Of a DNA stretch of 64,000 nucleotides, positions 54,578 through 64,000 are shown in pieces (position 1 is the stretch's first letter; the number at the start of each line of letters is the position of its first letter). The stretch lies in sequence record PP885688.1. The stretch is one strand, 5' to 3'. Below the pieces are notes generated by a model. That model did no database searches, was not told the origin of the DNA, and was given only the letters and a program-made list of their open reading frames with translations. The position numbers and the translations under genes are program-made.

Positions 54578-55339
54578 CTAAGAGGACTGCAAAGCGACAT
54601 TGAGAGGAATCGTTTCGGTTGAGCCATACGCCTGCAGCACAATGGCGACGAAGATCTTGGTGGGGTCCTCGGGATCCTGTACCGCGTCGACCGAGACAAC
54701 GTCCTGGATCATCTCGTTCGGGTTCATGGCCTGAACCGTCTTCTGCGCACGCTGGATTGACTGATAGGTCGCAAGAGCTGTGCTGACAGCGGTCGAGATG
54801 TCTTGATCGGTGATGCTCAGGCCGAACTTTTGGCCGAGGAAAGAACGGATCGGGCAGACCAGTGTGGGATTGAAGGGATTCTTCGAAGTCAGCACATACT
54901 TCAGGCTCTGCTGTGCGAGTTTCTTCACGCCGGTGGTGTGATTGATCGCTCCACTCGGAGACACACGCCAGTCCGCGACGTTGCCGGTGGAGCTGCACTT
55001 TAGGCAGAAACCGACACGCGTGAAATAAGAGAGCTCGATGAGAGGAGTTCGTAGGCGGACGTACTTATTGAACTGAACTTTGAGGAAGGGGTAGTTCTCT
55101 TCCTGAATGCGGTCCGGGTCCGCCACCACGCTATAGCCAAAGGTTGGATCCTCTGGATGGACGAGGACACCTTTGATGTAGAGACGCAGCATCGAAGCGC
55201 TATTGATCGGCGCACGCATGTTGAGCGAGGTATTGGAGGCGAACTGAAGTGTCCGGAAGTCGAAGGGTGAGACGACATACCGTTCCAAGATTTGGAGGTG
55301 GTCACACGGACGGTTTGCTGCGGAAAAATCGAAACTCAC
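54578..55339 (-). CDS. baseplate wedge gp25/gpW-like domain protein
   Basis: KLAQQ..K..LT, IQDVVSVD..QDP.DPT; position upstream of J. Confidence 0.6.
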   Translation of the reverse strand: MSFDFSAANRPCDHLQILERYVVSPFDFRTLQFASNTSLNMRAPINSASMLRLYIKGVLVHPEDPTFGYSVVADPDRIQEENYPFLKVQFNKYVRLRTPLIELSYFTRVGFCLKCSSTGNVADWRVSPSGAINHTTGVKKLAQQSLKYVLTSKNPFNPTLVCPIRSFLGQKFGLSITDQDISTAVSTALATYQSIQRAQKTVQAMNPNEMIQDVVSVDAVQDPEDPTKIFVAIVLQAYGSTETIPLNVALQSS

Positions 55340-55403
55340 GAACCCACCTCACCCCTTCGCACGGGTCTTCTAAAGGAGTGGGTAGACGTCTGACGGGGAA
55401 GTA

Positions 55404-56021
55404 CTAAGCCGAGGGGCTGCGGGACGATCGGGTATCGCGTTCGTACGCCGTTGGCTCATCCAGCTGGTGGACGCGGAAGCGTGGTTCGCCTTTGTACTGA
55501 TCGCTGATGTCCTTGACGAGCGCTGCCTGGTACTCCGGCTGCCCGAAAAGCGTCTCCAGCCGGTCCATCAGCTGGGTGACATTGGTCGTTCCCTCAAAAG
55601 CGAACTCCGCAAGGTCCTCCTGCTTTTCAACCTGAGCTCGCAGATGGTTCATGTGGAAGACCGCGTCATCCTGATGCACCAGCCGCGTGTGAAAGTGCTT
55701 CTTGATGTTCGAGACCACCATGGCCGGAGCGTGATCATTGCGCTGGGCATAGGGGTAGTGACCGTGTGGGCCCGGGGTCCACGAGTTCTTGATGAACGTC
55801 GGGGCCAGCTGGTCGGGTGTAGCGTTCGAGGTCGCGTAAAAAGTCTCGAGAAGGCCGCCGGTCTTGCGCAGCTGCTGGGCGCGGACCTGGTGAAAGGTCT
55901 GCACCGCAGGCAGCGTTGGCGCTTGCTTGGTGACCCAGGCCGTGAAGGCGTTCTTCTGCGTCTCGGAGAGATTACCGAGGAAGTGGAACGGTGGTCCGGT
56001 GATGGCGTAACGGTAAGCCAC
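55404..56021 (-). CDS. putative structural protein
   Basis: 205 aa within structural operon. Confidence 0.55.
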   Translation of the reverse strand: MAYRYAITGPPFHFLGNLSETQKNAFTAWVTKQAPTLPAVQTFHQVRAQQLRKTGGLLETFYATSNATPDQLAPTFIKNSWTPGPHGHYPYAQRNDHAPAMVVSNIKKHFHTRLVHQDDAVFHMNHLRAQVEKQEDLAEFAFEGTTNVTQLMDRLETLFGQPEYQAALVKDISDQYKGEPRFRVHQLDEPTAYERDTRSSRSPSA

Positions 56022-56029
56022 GTGTGTCC

Positions 56030-57286
56030 TTAGGCGATAAGAATGCCGGTGAGCGAGATCTCGTAGATGTAGTGGGTCATGTCATCGTGTGAGTCGATGA
56101 AGGCCATGATCTGCACCAGCGATGGATCCTGTCCGTTGGGCAGATTGAAGCGATCGGTCGTCTGTCCGCGTGGGCCGGTGTTGTAGATGTTGGTCCAGCT
56201 GAAGCCACCATCGAGCGAGTACCAGATACCGGCGGAACGGACGTTGACGACGTTGCCGTCCGGCGTTGCCGAGGGGATCTGGGAGTTGATGCTGACCACG
56301 CCATTGGTGACCGTGTATCCCGCGTACTGCGAGAACGACCAGATGCAGCCAGCGTACTGGTGCGTGTGCTCATACGAGGCAGAACAGAAGGTGCTGGCGT
56401 TTCCATCGATCGCGTTCTGTGGATTGGTGTACGCGTTCGCCGCGCCAAGGGTCCATGAGTGGCCCTGATCGACGCCGTTCTCGAAGTCGCCAACGTGCGA
56501 GCCCCAGCCATTGAGAATGGTCTGCGGTGACGCGGTGGTCGGAGCCACACCGGTCAGGGTGATCGCTGCGATCTGCCCATTGATGTAGGTGACGTTGTTG
56601 GTCACGAACTGCGTTCCCGAGAGGTACGTGATCGTGCCTGAGAGATTGAGGAAGAGCGAAATCGGAGTGGTCGCTCCTACGATCGGTGTCTTGATCAGCA
56701 CCGTCCAACCATTGACGAAGTTCTGACCATTGATCGTTGTGAAGTTGAAGGTCGTCGACTGCACAGTCGCGCCACCCGAGCAGGTAAACTGAGCCGTGCA
56801 CCCAGCTTGAATCGGGGGCATAGGCTTGGCCAGGCTGACTGTGACCGAGTAGGTGTTGCCGTCGCCACGTAGAGCGCTGGGGCTGACACTCACGACTTGT
56901 GGTGCTACGAGCCAGTAGATCGGGATGGTCAACTTGGAGCCGCCGCCCTGGCTGTTGACTTGGAATGTGTCCACAAGGCTGTTCGCTGTGTTCCACCACG
57001 CGATGTCCTGCGCGGTGAGCGTGAAGTTTGTCACCGCAATCAACGGGTCAACCGTGGAGCCGTTGTAGAAGAGGTTGAAACCGGACGAACCGTTAGCCGA
57101 GATGCCGACGCGGCCCTGCCATGAGGCATTGTCCGCGCTCACCTGGAACAGGCCTATAGCTGCGGCGTAGTTGACTCCGCCACCCTCAGGAAGCGTAGGG
57201 AAGCTGTAACCTGAGCCGCCGGGCTGGTTGGAGATGCTGAGCGAACCTTGTGTTCCTTCCCACAGTGGGAGATACGGGCTTGGCAT
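56030..57286 (-). CDS. putative tail/receptor-binding structural protein
   Basis: Beta-rich 418 aa; C-terminal NAIDGN..C..W discoidin/galactose-binding-like impression. Confidence 0.6.
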   Translation of the reverse strand: MPSPYLPLWEGTQGSLSISNQPGGSGYSFPTLPEGGGVNYAAAIGLFQVSADNASWQGRVGISANGSSGFNLFYNGSTVDPLIAVTNFTLTAQDIAWWNTANSLVDTFQVNSQGGGSKLTIPIYWLVAPQVVSVSPSALRGDGNTYSVTVSLAKPMPPIQAGCTAQFTCSGGATVQSTTFNFTTINGQNFVNGWTVLIKTPIVGATTPISLFLNLSGTITYLSGTQFVTNNVTYINGQIAAITLTGVAPTTASPQTILNGWGSHVGDFENGVDQGHSWTLGAANAYTNPQNAIDGNASTFCSASYEHTHQYAGCIWSFSQYAGYTVTNGVVSINSQIPSATPDGNVVNVRSAGIWYSLDGGFSWTNIYNTGPRGQTTDRFNLPNGQDPSLVQIMAFIDSHDDMTHYIYEISLTGILIA

Positions 57287-57295
57287 GGTTGATCC

Positions 57296-60200
57296 TTATC
57301 GTGTGGGCAGTGCGCCGTTTGAGGCCACGAGAGTGATGGCGTTAGAGGGGTAGACAGTCCAGGTGAAAGCGACTGAGGCGTTGACGCCGGAGTCCGACAC
57401 CGAGAAGTTGAAGGTATGAGTCCCCACCCCTGCCGCACCAAAGGGTCCGCTCAATGCGAAGACAGCGGACTTGGGCAGAGTGATCGTCTGGGAGCCAACG
57501 GAAAGGTTGATGGTTCCCAGGGAGACGCAGGAAGCACTGAAACCAGCCGGGACGCCGAAGCTGAAGCCAGACGGCGAGGTCGAGATGACGTTGGTCGCTA
57601 CGATCAGGAAGCTCAGGTTGGGACGCGGGTTGATGGCGGTGACATCTCCATTCGCGACAAGACCAAGCGAGTTGAGCGAAGAGCCCGCGATGACGTCAGG
57701 ACCAGCGAAGAGCTTGATACCGGCGAGCACGGTAACCGGGAATGTCGCCTCACGCACGACGCCGATCGAGTCGGTGACGCGGAAGGTGATGTTCTTCGAG
57801 AAGCCCGAGGCCAGCGTGGTGCCGAAGATCGTGCCGGACGGAGGATCAATGCTGAGTCCGCTTGGCAGAACTGAGGCAGAGTTCGGGGACACAGACCATG
57901 TGTAGCCGGGTGCGCCGCCAGTCGCGGTGAGAGCGAAGTTGTAGGGAACGCCTGCAGTGGCCTGCGCCACCGAGGTGGAGGTGATCGCCAGTGTGGAGGC
58001 GAGCGCAATCAGCTGGAGGCCCTTGGTGGCGAAGTCTCCGAGATGATCCGTTACGCGAACCACGATAGTGAGATTTGCTGTCGCCGTGGGAACGCCGGAG
58101 ATGATGCCGCCGCTGGAGATCGTGAGTCCATTCGGGAGCGGCGGCGAGGTGGGATCAAGCGACCAGGTGAAGGGTGGGTTGAGACCGTTCGCCAAGAGCT
58201 GCACCGAGTAGTTTCCGGTGACCGTTGCCTGGGGCAGCGAGGTCGTCGCAACCGAGAGGCCGGAGAAGGTGTCGAGCGGCAGGAAGGTCACAGCCGAGTT
58301 TCCGTTGGAGTCGACGACCTGAACCTTGACCGAGTCATTGAGCAGCTGAGCCACGGTACGTCCGGCGAGCGTCGCGGTTGCACCCTGATTGGTCGCGTCG
58401 CCGGTAAGTGTGAAGCCCGGCGGGAGGATGTTCGGAGAGTCAGCAGCGATCGACCAGGTGTAAGGCGCAATACCGTTGCCGATGACACTGAGACGACCGT
58501 TGTAGGTTGCTCCGCGAACGATGGGGCCGATACCTTCGGTGTCGATGATGAGGCCGAAGTTTGATCCGATCGCGAGCAGGAAGGTCGCCGTGGCAACGTT
58601 GTTGGCCGCATCGGTCACTTGCACAATGATGTTCTCGGAGAAGCTGCTGAGGCTGGTGGCTCCGGACAGGATGCCAGAGGCAGATAGCGTGATGCCGCCG
58701 GGAAGCGCTGCAGATCCCGAGCCGAGTGACCACTGGTACGCGCCTTGTCCGCCTGCTGCCTGAACCTGGAAGATGTAGTTGGTGCCGGGGGTGATGACGG
58801 GGAGAACCGGGGTCGTGATCGTCAATGTGTTGTTGATGATCAGAGCCAGTGCAGCTGAAGCCGAGACGCCGCGTGCATCGGTGACCTGGAAGGTAATGTC
58901 TGAATTGAAAGCCGCGTCGCTAGGAGTGCCTGAGAGGACGCCGGAGTTCGCGTTGAGCGTGACACCGTTGGGCAGCGTGCCGCCGGTAACGGCCCACGTG
59001 TAAGGCTGAGTTCCGCCGGTGGCGTGGAGGGTCTGTGAGAACGCTACGCCGGTGAGGATGTTCTGGAGGAAGGTCGTCTGAACGACGAGCGGCGCAATGT
59101 ACGCGAACACGAGGCGCTTGTAGAGGTAGGCGACCTGATTGTTTGCGTTGGTCACCGAGATCCACACGTCGTAGTAGCCAGCCTGCGTCGGCGTGCCGGT
59201 CAGAGTGACAGACTTCGCATCCGTCGAGATCCCGAAAGCCATGCCGGTGGGCAGCACGCCACGGTGAATCGTGACTCCACTGAGTGGTGCCGAGGAGCTC
59301 GATCCGAGCGTGCCCGTGTAAGCCGCCTGCAGTTGGCCGTCGACGAGGTTATCGATCAGCTGGAACTGGCTGGCGACGATGTCCCACACCACGGTGATCG
59401 TGGCCTGAATGGTGCCGGTCGAATCGACGTACTGAAGGGTCGACTGCGCGACGTCGGCGGCAAGCACGGATCCATAGATCAGGCCGGTGACTGAGTCGAG
59501 CGACAGGCCGAGTGGGAGCGTGCTGTTGAGCGCAACCTGAACCTTGTAGCCTGCGTTCTTGAAGATGCTGGGAGAGTTGAAGTAGGGGCGCTGCGGGTTG
59601 AGACCGACGACCTCTCCTACGATGTAAGGCTTGGTTGTGCAGGTCATGTCTCCGCTGTTGTTGGTTCCGTTGTAGGAGACCAGCGTGAACGCGCGGGTGA
59701 TGGTGGCGACCTGTGTGGTGCCCTGCAGGATGGCGATCGGAAGCTCGATCTCAGCGTTGCCGAACTTGGTCGGTGGGCCGGTGACGATGAGCGAGTTGGT
59801 GGTAGGGTCAACTGTCGCGGTGAGGCCGTTCGATGCGGTCACCGGCGTGCCAGCGCCGATAGCGAAGCCAGAGAGATCTCCGGCAATGGGGTACACGACC
59901 TCGGTGGTGTCGCCTGCGCCCCAGAAGTGATCGACCGCAGTCTCTGCGATATCGACACTGGAGACCGGCGTGTCCACGGTGTAGTTGAAAGTATTGTGCG
60001 TCACGGTCGCGGTGGAGTCGGCGACGGTGAGCGTGAACTGGTGGGTTCCAACTTCACCCTGCAGCGCCGCGACCTGAATCAGCGCATGGCCGTCGACGAT
60101 GGAGACGACGGTAGCCGAGGCGACCGAGATGCTGAGAACGCGTGTGACGGTATTGCCGAGGAGATCGGTTGCACGGACGCCGATCGCCCACTCACCCAGA

Positions 60201-60616
60201 GAGGTCAGGGTGAAGGAGAGCGTGCTTCCGACGATGTCTGCGCCAGGCAGAGTTGTGACCGAGGGAATGAGCGACCAGGTGACGGCTCCGTTCCCGCCGG
60301 TGGAGGACAGGGGGACGGTGGCGGAGAAAGGGAGGATGTTGGGTTCAATGGCGACGTCGCGGTTCAGAATACTGAACGTGGTGGGATCAACGACATCGAC
60401 CGAGATGATCTTGGTGGAGACGATACCTTTTTGATCGGTGATCTGCAGCTGGACCGAATAAGTGCCGGTCGCGAGTGAGGTTGCATCGACCGTGAGGGCC
60501 GTTCCTGCGAGCGTCGCGGGAATTGTGGTGTTGGGTCCGGCGACCACTGCGAAGTTATATGGCGGCGAGCCACCCGCTCCCACCAAAGTTACTGTTGTCT
60601 GATTCGTCTGACCCAT
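57296..60616 (-). CDS. large Ig-repeat (He_PIG putative Ig domain) protein
   Basis: Repeated A.GG..PY.W....G.LP.GL.L...G.ISG.PT modules. Confidence 0.85.
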   Translation of the reverse strand: MGQTNQTTVTLVGAGGSPPYNFAVVAGPNTTIPATLAGTALTVDATSLATGTYSVQLQITDQKGIVSTKIISVDVVDPTTFSILNRDVAIEPNILPFSATVPLSSTGGNGAVTWSLIPSVTTLPGADIVGSTLSFTLTSLGEWAIGVRATDLLGNTVTRVLSISVASATVVSIVDGHALIQVAALQGEVGTHQFTLTVADSTATVTHNTFNYTVDTPVSSVDIAETAVDHFWGAGDTTEVVYPIAGDLSGFAIGAGTPVTASNGLTATVDPTTNSLIVTGPPTKFGNAEIELPIAILQGTTQVATITRAFTLVSYNGTNNSGDMTCTTKPYIVGEVVGLNPQRPYFNSPSIFKNAGYKVQVALNSTLPLGLSLDSVTGLIYGSVLAADVAQSTLQYVDSTGTIQATITVVWDIVASQFQLIDNLVDGQLQAAYTGTLGSSSSAPLSGVTIHRGVLPTGMAFGISTDAKSVTLTGTPTQAGYYDVWISVTNANNQVAYLYKRLVFAYIAPLVVQTTFLQNILTGVAFSQTLHATGGTQPYTWAVTGGTLPNGVTLNANSGVLSGTPSDAAFNSDITFQVTDARGVSASAALALIINNTLTITTPVLPVITPGTNYIFQVQAAGGQGAYQWSLGSGSAALPGGITLSASGILSGATSLSSFSENIIVQVTDAANNVATATFLLAIGSNFGLIIDTEGIGPIVRGATYNGRLSVIGNGIAPYTWSIAADSPNILPPGFTLTGDATNQGATATLAGRTVAQLLNDSVKVQVVDSNGNSAVTFLPLDTFSGLSVATTSLPQATVTGNYSVQLLANGLNPPFTWSLDPTSPPLPNGLTISSGGIISGVPTATANLTIVVRVTDHLGDFATKGLQLIALASTLAITSTSVAQATAGVPYNFALTATGGAPGYTWSVSPNSASVLPSGLSIDPPSGTIFGTTLASGFSKNITFRVTDSIGVVREATFPVTVLAGIKLFAGPDVIAGSSLNSLGLVANGDVTAINPRPNLSFLIVATNVISTSPSGFSFGVPAGFSASCVSLGTINLSVGSQTITLPKSAVFALSGPFGAAGVGTHTFNFSVSDSGVNASVAFTWTVYPSNAITLVASNGALPTR

Positions 60617-60662
60617 CGCGGAAAGCCTCTCTAAGAGGTGGCCGCTAGTTCACCCTTGCCAC

Positions 60663-63600
60663 CTAACTGATGACAAGGGTGATTGTGACGGTCTGTGTGG
60701 CGATTAGGGCATCCGCATCGACGACGCGTAGAGCTGCCTGAATGGAGTAGCTGCCAGCTGCCGGGGCCGCACTCGGAGCAACTGCCGCGACGATGAAGCT
60801 GCCGGAGCTCGTGAGCGTCTGGTCGACATCGAAGATGCTGGCCGAGGCGTTGGAGTTATTGCAGTTGATCGCCAGAACACGCTTCGAGGGCGAGACCTGT
60901 ACGAAGCCCACAAGGGCCTGTGGCAGGGTTACCGAGTCTACGTAGAACTGGTAGGGCGAGTGACCGAGTACCGGTACCGACTGCGCCTGGTTCGGGATCA
61001 GCGAGATGTTGATCGGAGCCGAGCTTACGGGAGCCGACCAGTTGGCGTTCGAGAAGTTCACCGTGATGAAGGTCTCCTGACGCACCGTGACCGCGACTGT
61101 ACCGGTTGCGGTGGTCGAGTTACCGGAAGCATCGACAATCAGCATTGAGACCTGGCAGCTGGTGGTCTGGCCGGTGGGGATGGTCGAGACGCTGACTGTG
61201 ATCTGTCCGCCCAGCGCCGTGAAGCGAGGATCCGAGAAGCCGGTGAGCGTGACGGTGTACGGTGCCAGTCCGCCCGTGATGTCGACCGGCGGAGCCAGCG
61301 TTGCCGTCTTCGAGTACTCGGACACCGTGACCGCGACCGTTTTGCCGGTGGCGATGATGGCTGGATAGTTGACCGGCAGCGAGAGAGTCGCAAGACTGTT
61401 GCCGAGAGTGATGACGTCGCTTCCGAAGACCGAGTTGAAGTAGTCGAAGCTCAGGATGAAGCCGTCGGAGGTCAGACTCGAGACTCCGGTCGTTGGGAAG
61501 CCGCCCGAGAACACGCCTGGGGCACCAACCGTTCCATTCAGAGAGGTGAGGATTGGTAGGTTCGCATCCGTCGGCTGGTAGCCGGTGTACTGGACCTGCA
61601 GGATGGCGTTGTTGTTGACGACGCGGTAGTTCGTTCCCACCGTGGCCGAGGCTGGCGGGTTGAGGAAGACAGCGGTCTGCGGACGGACCTGGAACGCAAC
61701 CGGCAGAGTCGCGGTGAGGTTCGAGGAGGTCGAGACAGCGGTCACCGTGGCCGAGAAGTTTCCGGACGCGGTCGGTGTGCCCTGCAGATAGGCGCGTGTG
61801 CCTGGAGTGGTCGTCAGCGTGACACCAGCTGGCAGACCCGTAGCTCCGAAGCTTGCCTGGATGTCGGTCTCGACGAAGTAAGTGTTCGCCGGGATCAGAC
61901 GGTTCGCATAGATGAAGGTCGGCAGATTCGAGTCGACGATGTGTACCGGCTGAGACGGTGTGTTCACGATATTGAAGGTGATCGTCGTCGGAGCCGAGGT
62001 GACGCCATTCGCATCGGTCGCCGCAACCACAACCACGAAGGTTCCGGTCTGCTGCGTATAGGACGTGAGGACCTGTCCGTTGAAGCCAGTCAGCTGTGCG
62101 CCGGGTAGCGTAGTGCCGCCGAGGATATTCCACGAGTAGCTCTTGCTTCCACCCTCTGCATTGAGCGGGTAAGCCCATGGCAGGATGCCGCTCGAAGGCT
62201 GCGTCGAGAGTGCCTGGCTGAGGTCGATCTCTGCGTCTTCGGTCGAGATGACAACCACCACAGGGGTTGTGCCGCCGCCCGCCGTGGTGACGGTGATGGA
62301 GTAGCGGTTGACGGACTGAGTGATCGATCCCGAGTCGGTGACGATGTTCGAGAACTCGCACTCGAAGCTGTAGTTTCCGTTGTCGGTGACGTTCTGGCCG
62401 CCCGAGACGTTGAAGAGCACGATGCCCGAGAAGTCCTGAGCCTGGCCGAAGGTGTTGCCCGAGAAGGCGACGATGCCGGTAGGAAGCGCACCCTTGGTCA
62501 CAGTGAAGTTGATGGGAGTGTCGCCGCCCGACTGGGTCAGGTGGAGCACACCGCTCTTGTAGAGCGCGATACCGTAGAAGGTTCCCGAGCCCGCGTTGTA
62601 AGGCTGCTCGTTCTGCGCATCCGGCAGCGCCGCGATCTTGGTGACCGTCCAGTTGGTTGGATTGTTCGAGCCGTTTAGGTTCACCTGTACGGGGCTGCTC
62701 GTGTAGACGCCACGATTCTTACCCTGCGCGGTGAGATTGATGAGCTTGGTCGCGGTCTGGCCAACGTGGTCGGTGACCTGAACGACTGCGCCGAAATCGC
62801 CGTCGCCCTGCAGCTCATAGGCGAGCAGATCCTGCCAGATGATCGAGGCAGGGATGTTGTTCTGCACGAGAGAGAACTTGTACGGAGCCACGCCGCCGGT
62901 CGCCTCAAGCTTGATCGGGAGGTCGATCGGATAGCCTTGCGGGAAGACCAGCTGGTCGGTTGTCGTGATCGTGAGCGCCGGAGGAACAACACCCGCGAGC
63001 GCCGCAATCGCGCCGGAGTTGGCGATCTGGAGGCCGGTACCGATGGTCCCGTCGTCGGTGAAGCCCGCGAGGGTGTAAGGAGCGGATCCGCCGAACACGG
63101 GGATGGCGAGCTGGAAGTCTTCGTTGGCGAAGATCTCCGGCTGGTCCACAGGTCCGAACTGGAGAGCGGCAGGGGCTAGCGTGCAGGAAAGAACTGCAGA
63201 GGCCAGCGCTCCAATCGCGTCCACCACTTCGACCGTAAATGTGAAGACCTTATTGAAGTCGGTCGTCGAGTTGTAAGTCACCGGCGTTCCGACGATGATG
63301 CCAGTCTGCGGATCGATGCTGAGGCCGAGCGGAAGGTTGCCCGCGACAAGCGACCACTGGAACGGTGGGATACCGCCAGAGTTCTGGATCTGGATGTTGT
63401 ACGCGGTACCGACCACGGCCTGAGGCAGCGCGGTGGTGGTGATCTTGAGATCGCTCTCGACAACCACCGGCAACGTGATGTGTGCGATGAACGGCGGAAC
63501 GTTTGAGTCGACCACGGAGAAGTCGCACGAGGTCGTACCGATCGTCATGGCTGTACCAGAGAGAGTTCCGCTGGTCGAGAGCTTGATGCCGAAGGGAAGA

Positions 63601-63998
63601 TTGTCCGCGTACCAGCTGAAGGGCCCCACGCCGGAGTTCACGCCAACCTGCATGGGGAAGTCAGCCATCGGCTTGCCGACGATGATGTTCGGCAGAGCGG
63701 AGACAGCGATGCGGACCGGGTTACCGGCGGTGCCCATTTCTGCCGTGAGGTAGAGCGAGGGATCGATGAGGTCCTTGACGCGCGGACGGCCCTGAATCGG
63801 GAAGACGTCGATCGCCATGGTGCCAAGCAGCGAGCTTGCATCCGAGGTACGCGAGGTGGCCACCATGATCTTGAGCTCGTTCGAGATGGTGTCGCGTACG
63901 AGTGCGCGGACCACAACCTCATAAGGCTGCAGTGCGACACTGGCGCTCGACGCATCGGTGATTTCGAAGCCGGACTCGCCACCGATTCCCAGGTTGCC
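60663..63998 (-). CDS. large Ig-repeat (He_PIG) protein, 5' end outside window
   Basis: Same He_PIG modules; frame stays open from 63914 to the window edge (..GNLGIGGESGFEITDASS..). Confidence 0.85.
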   Translation of the reverse strand, partial: GNLGIGGESGFEITDASSASVALQPYEVVVRALVRDTISNELKIMVATSRTSDASSLLGTMAIDVFPIQGRPRVKDLIDPSLYLTAEMGTAGNPVRIAVSALPNIIVGKPMADFPMQVGVNSGVGPFSWYADNLPFGIKLSTSGTLSGTAMTIGTTSCDFSVVDSNVPPFIAHITLPVVVESDLKITTTALPQAVVGTAYNIQIQNSGGIPPFQWSLVAGNLPLGLSIDPQTGIIVGTPVTYNSTTDFNKVFTFTVEVVDAIGALASAVLSCTLAPAALQFGPVDQPEIFANEDFQLAIPVFGGSAPYTLAGFTDDGTIGTGLQIANSGAIAALAGVVPPALTITTTDQLVFPQGYPIDLPIKLEATGGVAPYKFSLVQNNIPASIIWQDLLAYELQGDGDFGAVVQVTDHVGQTATKLINLTAQGKNRGVYTSSPVQVNLNGSNNPTNWTVTKIAALPDAQNEQPYNAGSGTFYGIALYKSGVLHLTQSGGDTPINFTVTKGALPTGIVAFSGNTFGQAQDFSGIVLFNVSGGQNVTDNGNYSFECEFSNIVTDSGSITQSVNRYSITVTTAGGGTTPVVVVISTEDAEIDLSQALSTQPSSGILPWAYPLNAEGGSKSYSWNILGGTTLPGAQLTGFNGQVLTSYTQQTGTFVVVVAATDANGVTSAPTTITFNIVNTPSQPVHIVDSNLPTFIYANRLIPANTYFVETDIQASFGATGLPAGVTLTTTPGTRAYLQGTPTASGNFSATVTAVSTSSNLTATLPVAFQVRPQTAVFLNPPASATVGTNYRVVNNNAILQVQYTGYQPTDANLPILTSLNGTVGAPGVFSGGFPTTGVSSLTSDGFILSFDYFNSVFGSDVITLGNSLATLSLPVNYPAIIATGKTVAVTVSEYSKTATLAPPVDITGGLAPYTVTLTGFSDPRFTALGGQITVSVSTIPTGQTTSCQVSMLIVDASGNSTTATGTVAVTVRQETFITVNFSNANWSAPVSSAPINISLIPNQAQSVPVLGHSPYQFYVDSVTLPQALVGFVQVSPSKRVLAINCNNSNASASIFDVDQTLTSSGSFIVAAVAPSAAPAAGSYSIQAALRVVDADALIATQTVTITLVIS

Positions 63999-64000
63999 CG

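Noticed and set aside
61120-62361. 413-aa alternative-frame ORF inside the Ig-repeat gene
   Set aside because: Same-strand frame shadow, Arg/His-rich with no domain features
1-64000. CRISPR array, integrase/prophage boundary, standalone tRNAs, inteins or introns
   Set aside because: No regularly spaced repeats, integrase, complete cloverleaf or interrupted conserved gene was recognised by eye
1-64000. Stop-codon reassignment
   Set aside because: Conserved genes are full-length in the standard code, and TAG, TAA and TGA all terminate genes

Overview
Gene-dense segment of a large lytic myovirus-type (possibly jumbo) phage genome, transcribed mostly on the minus strand. No integrase or host housekeeping block is visible. 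The host is plausibly Acidobacteria (inference from a PEP-CTERM gene, a 7TM protein and He_PIG Ig-repeat proteins). Left to right: (i) 0-15 kb replication/recombination genes (partial PTH2-like gene, SbcD, a half-length SbcC, RecA/UvsX, RuvC-like resolvase, SSB-like protein, DnaB-like and DinG helicases) with an inserted PEP-CTERM gene; (ii) 15-31 kb accessory genes, UvrD helicase, ECF sigma factor, HhH glycosylase, a secreted peptide + 7TM receptor-like pair and two multi-domain GNAT/ART proteins; (iii) 31-34.4 kb NAMPT plus NMNAT-Nudix NAD+ salvage pair and a circularly permuted two-piece tmRNA with a very long tag; (iv) 34.4-43.2 kb two more polyvalent proteins; (v) 43.3-49.8 kb plus-strand island of small early-type genes and an O-acyltransferase; (vi) 49.8-64 kb baseplate and giant Ig-repeat structural genes. 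Two recurring bipartite promoter-like motifs organise the window: TCATCTTT-N12-TTTGTAGGTTG (10 copies) and RTAWTC-N20-GGTATTAS (15 copies of the core, several placed for leaderless translation). Product calls come from motif recognition by eye, with no database searches. Start codons were moved from the ORF track where an RBS or promoter suggested it.
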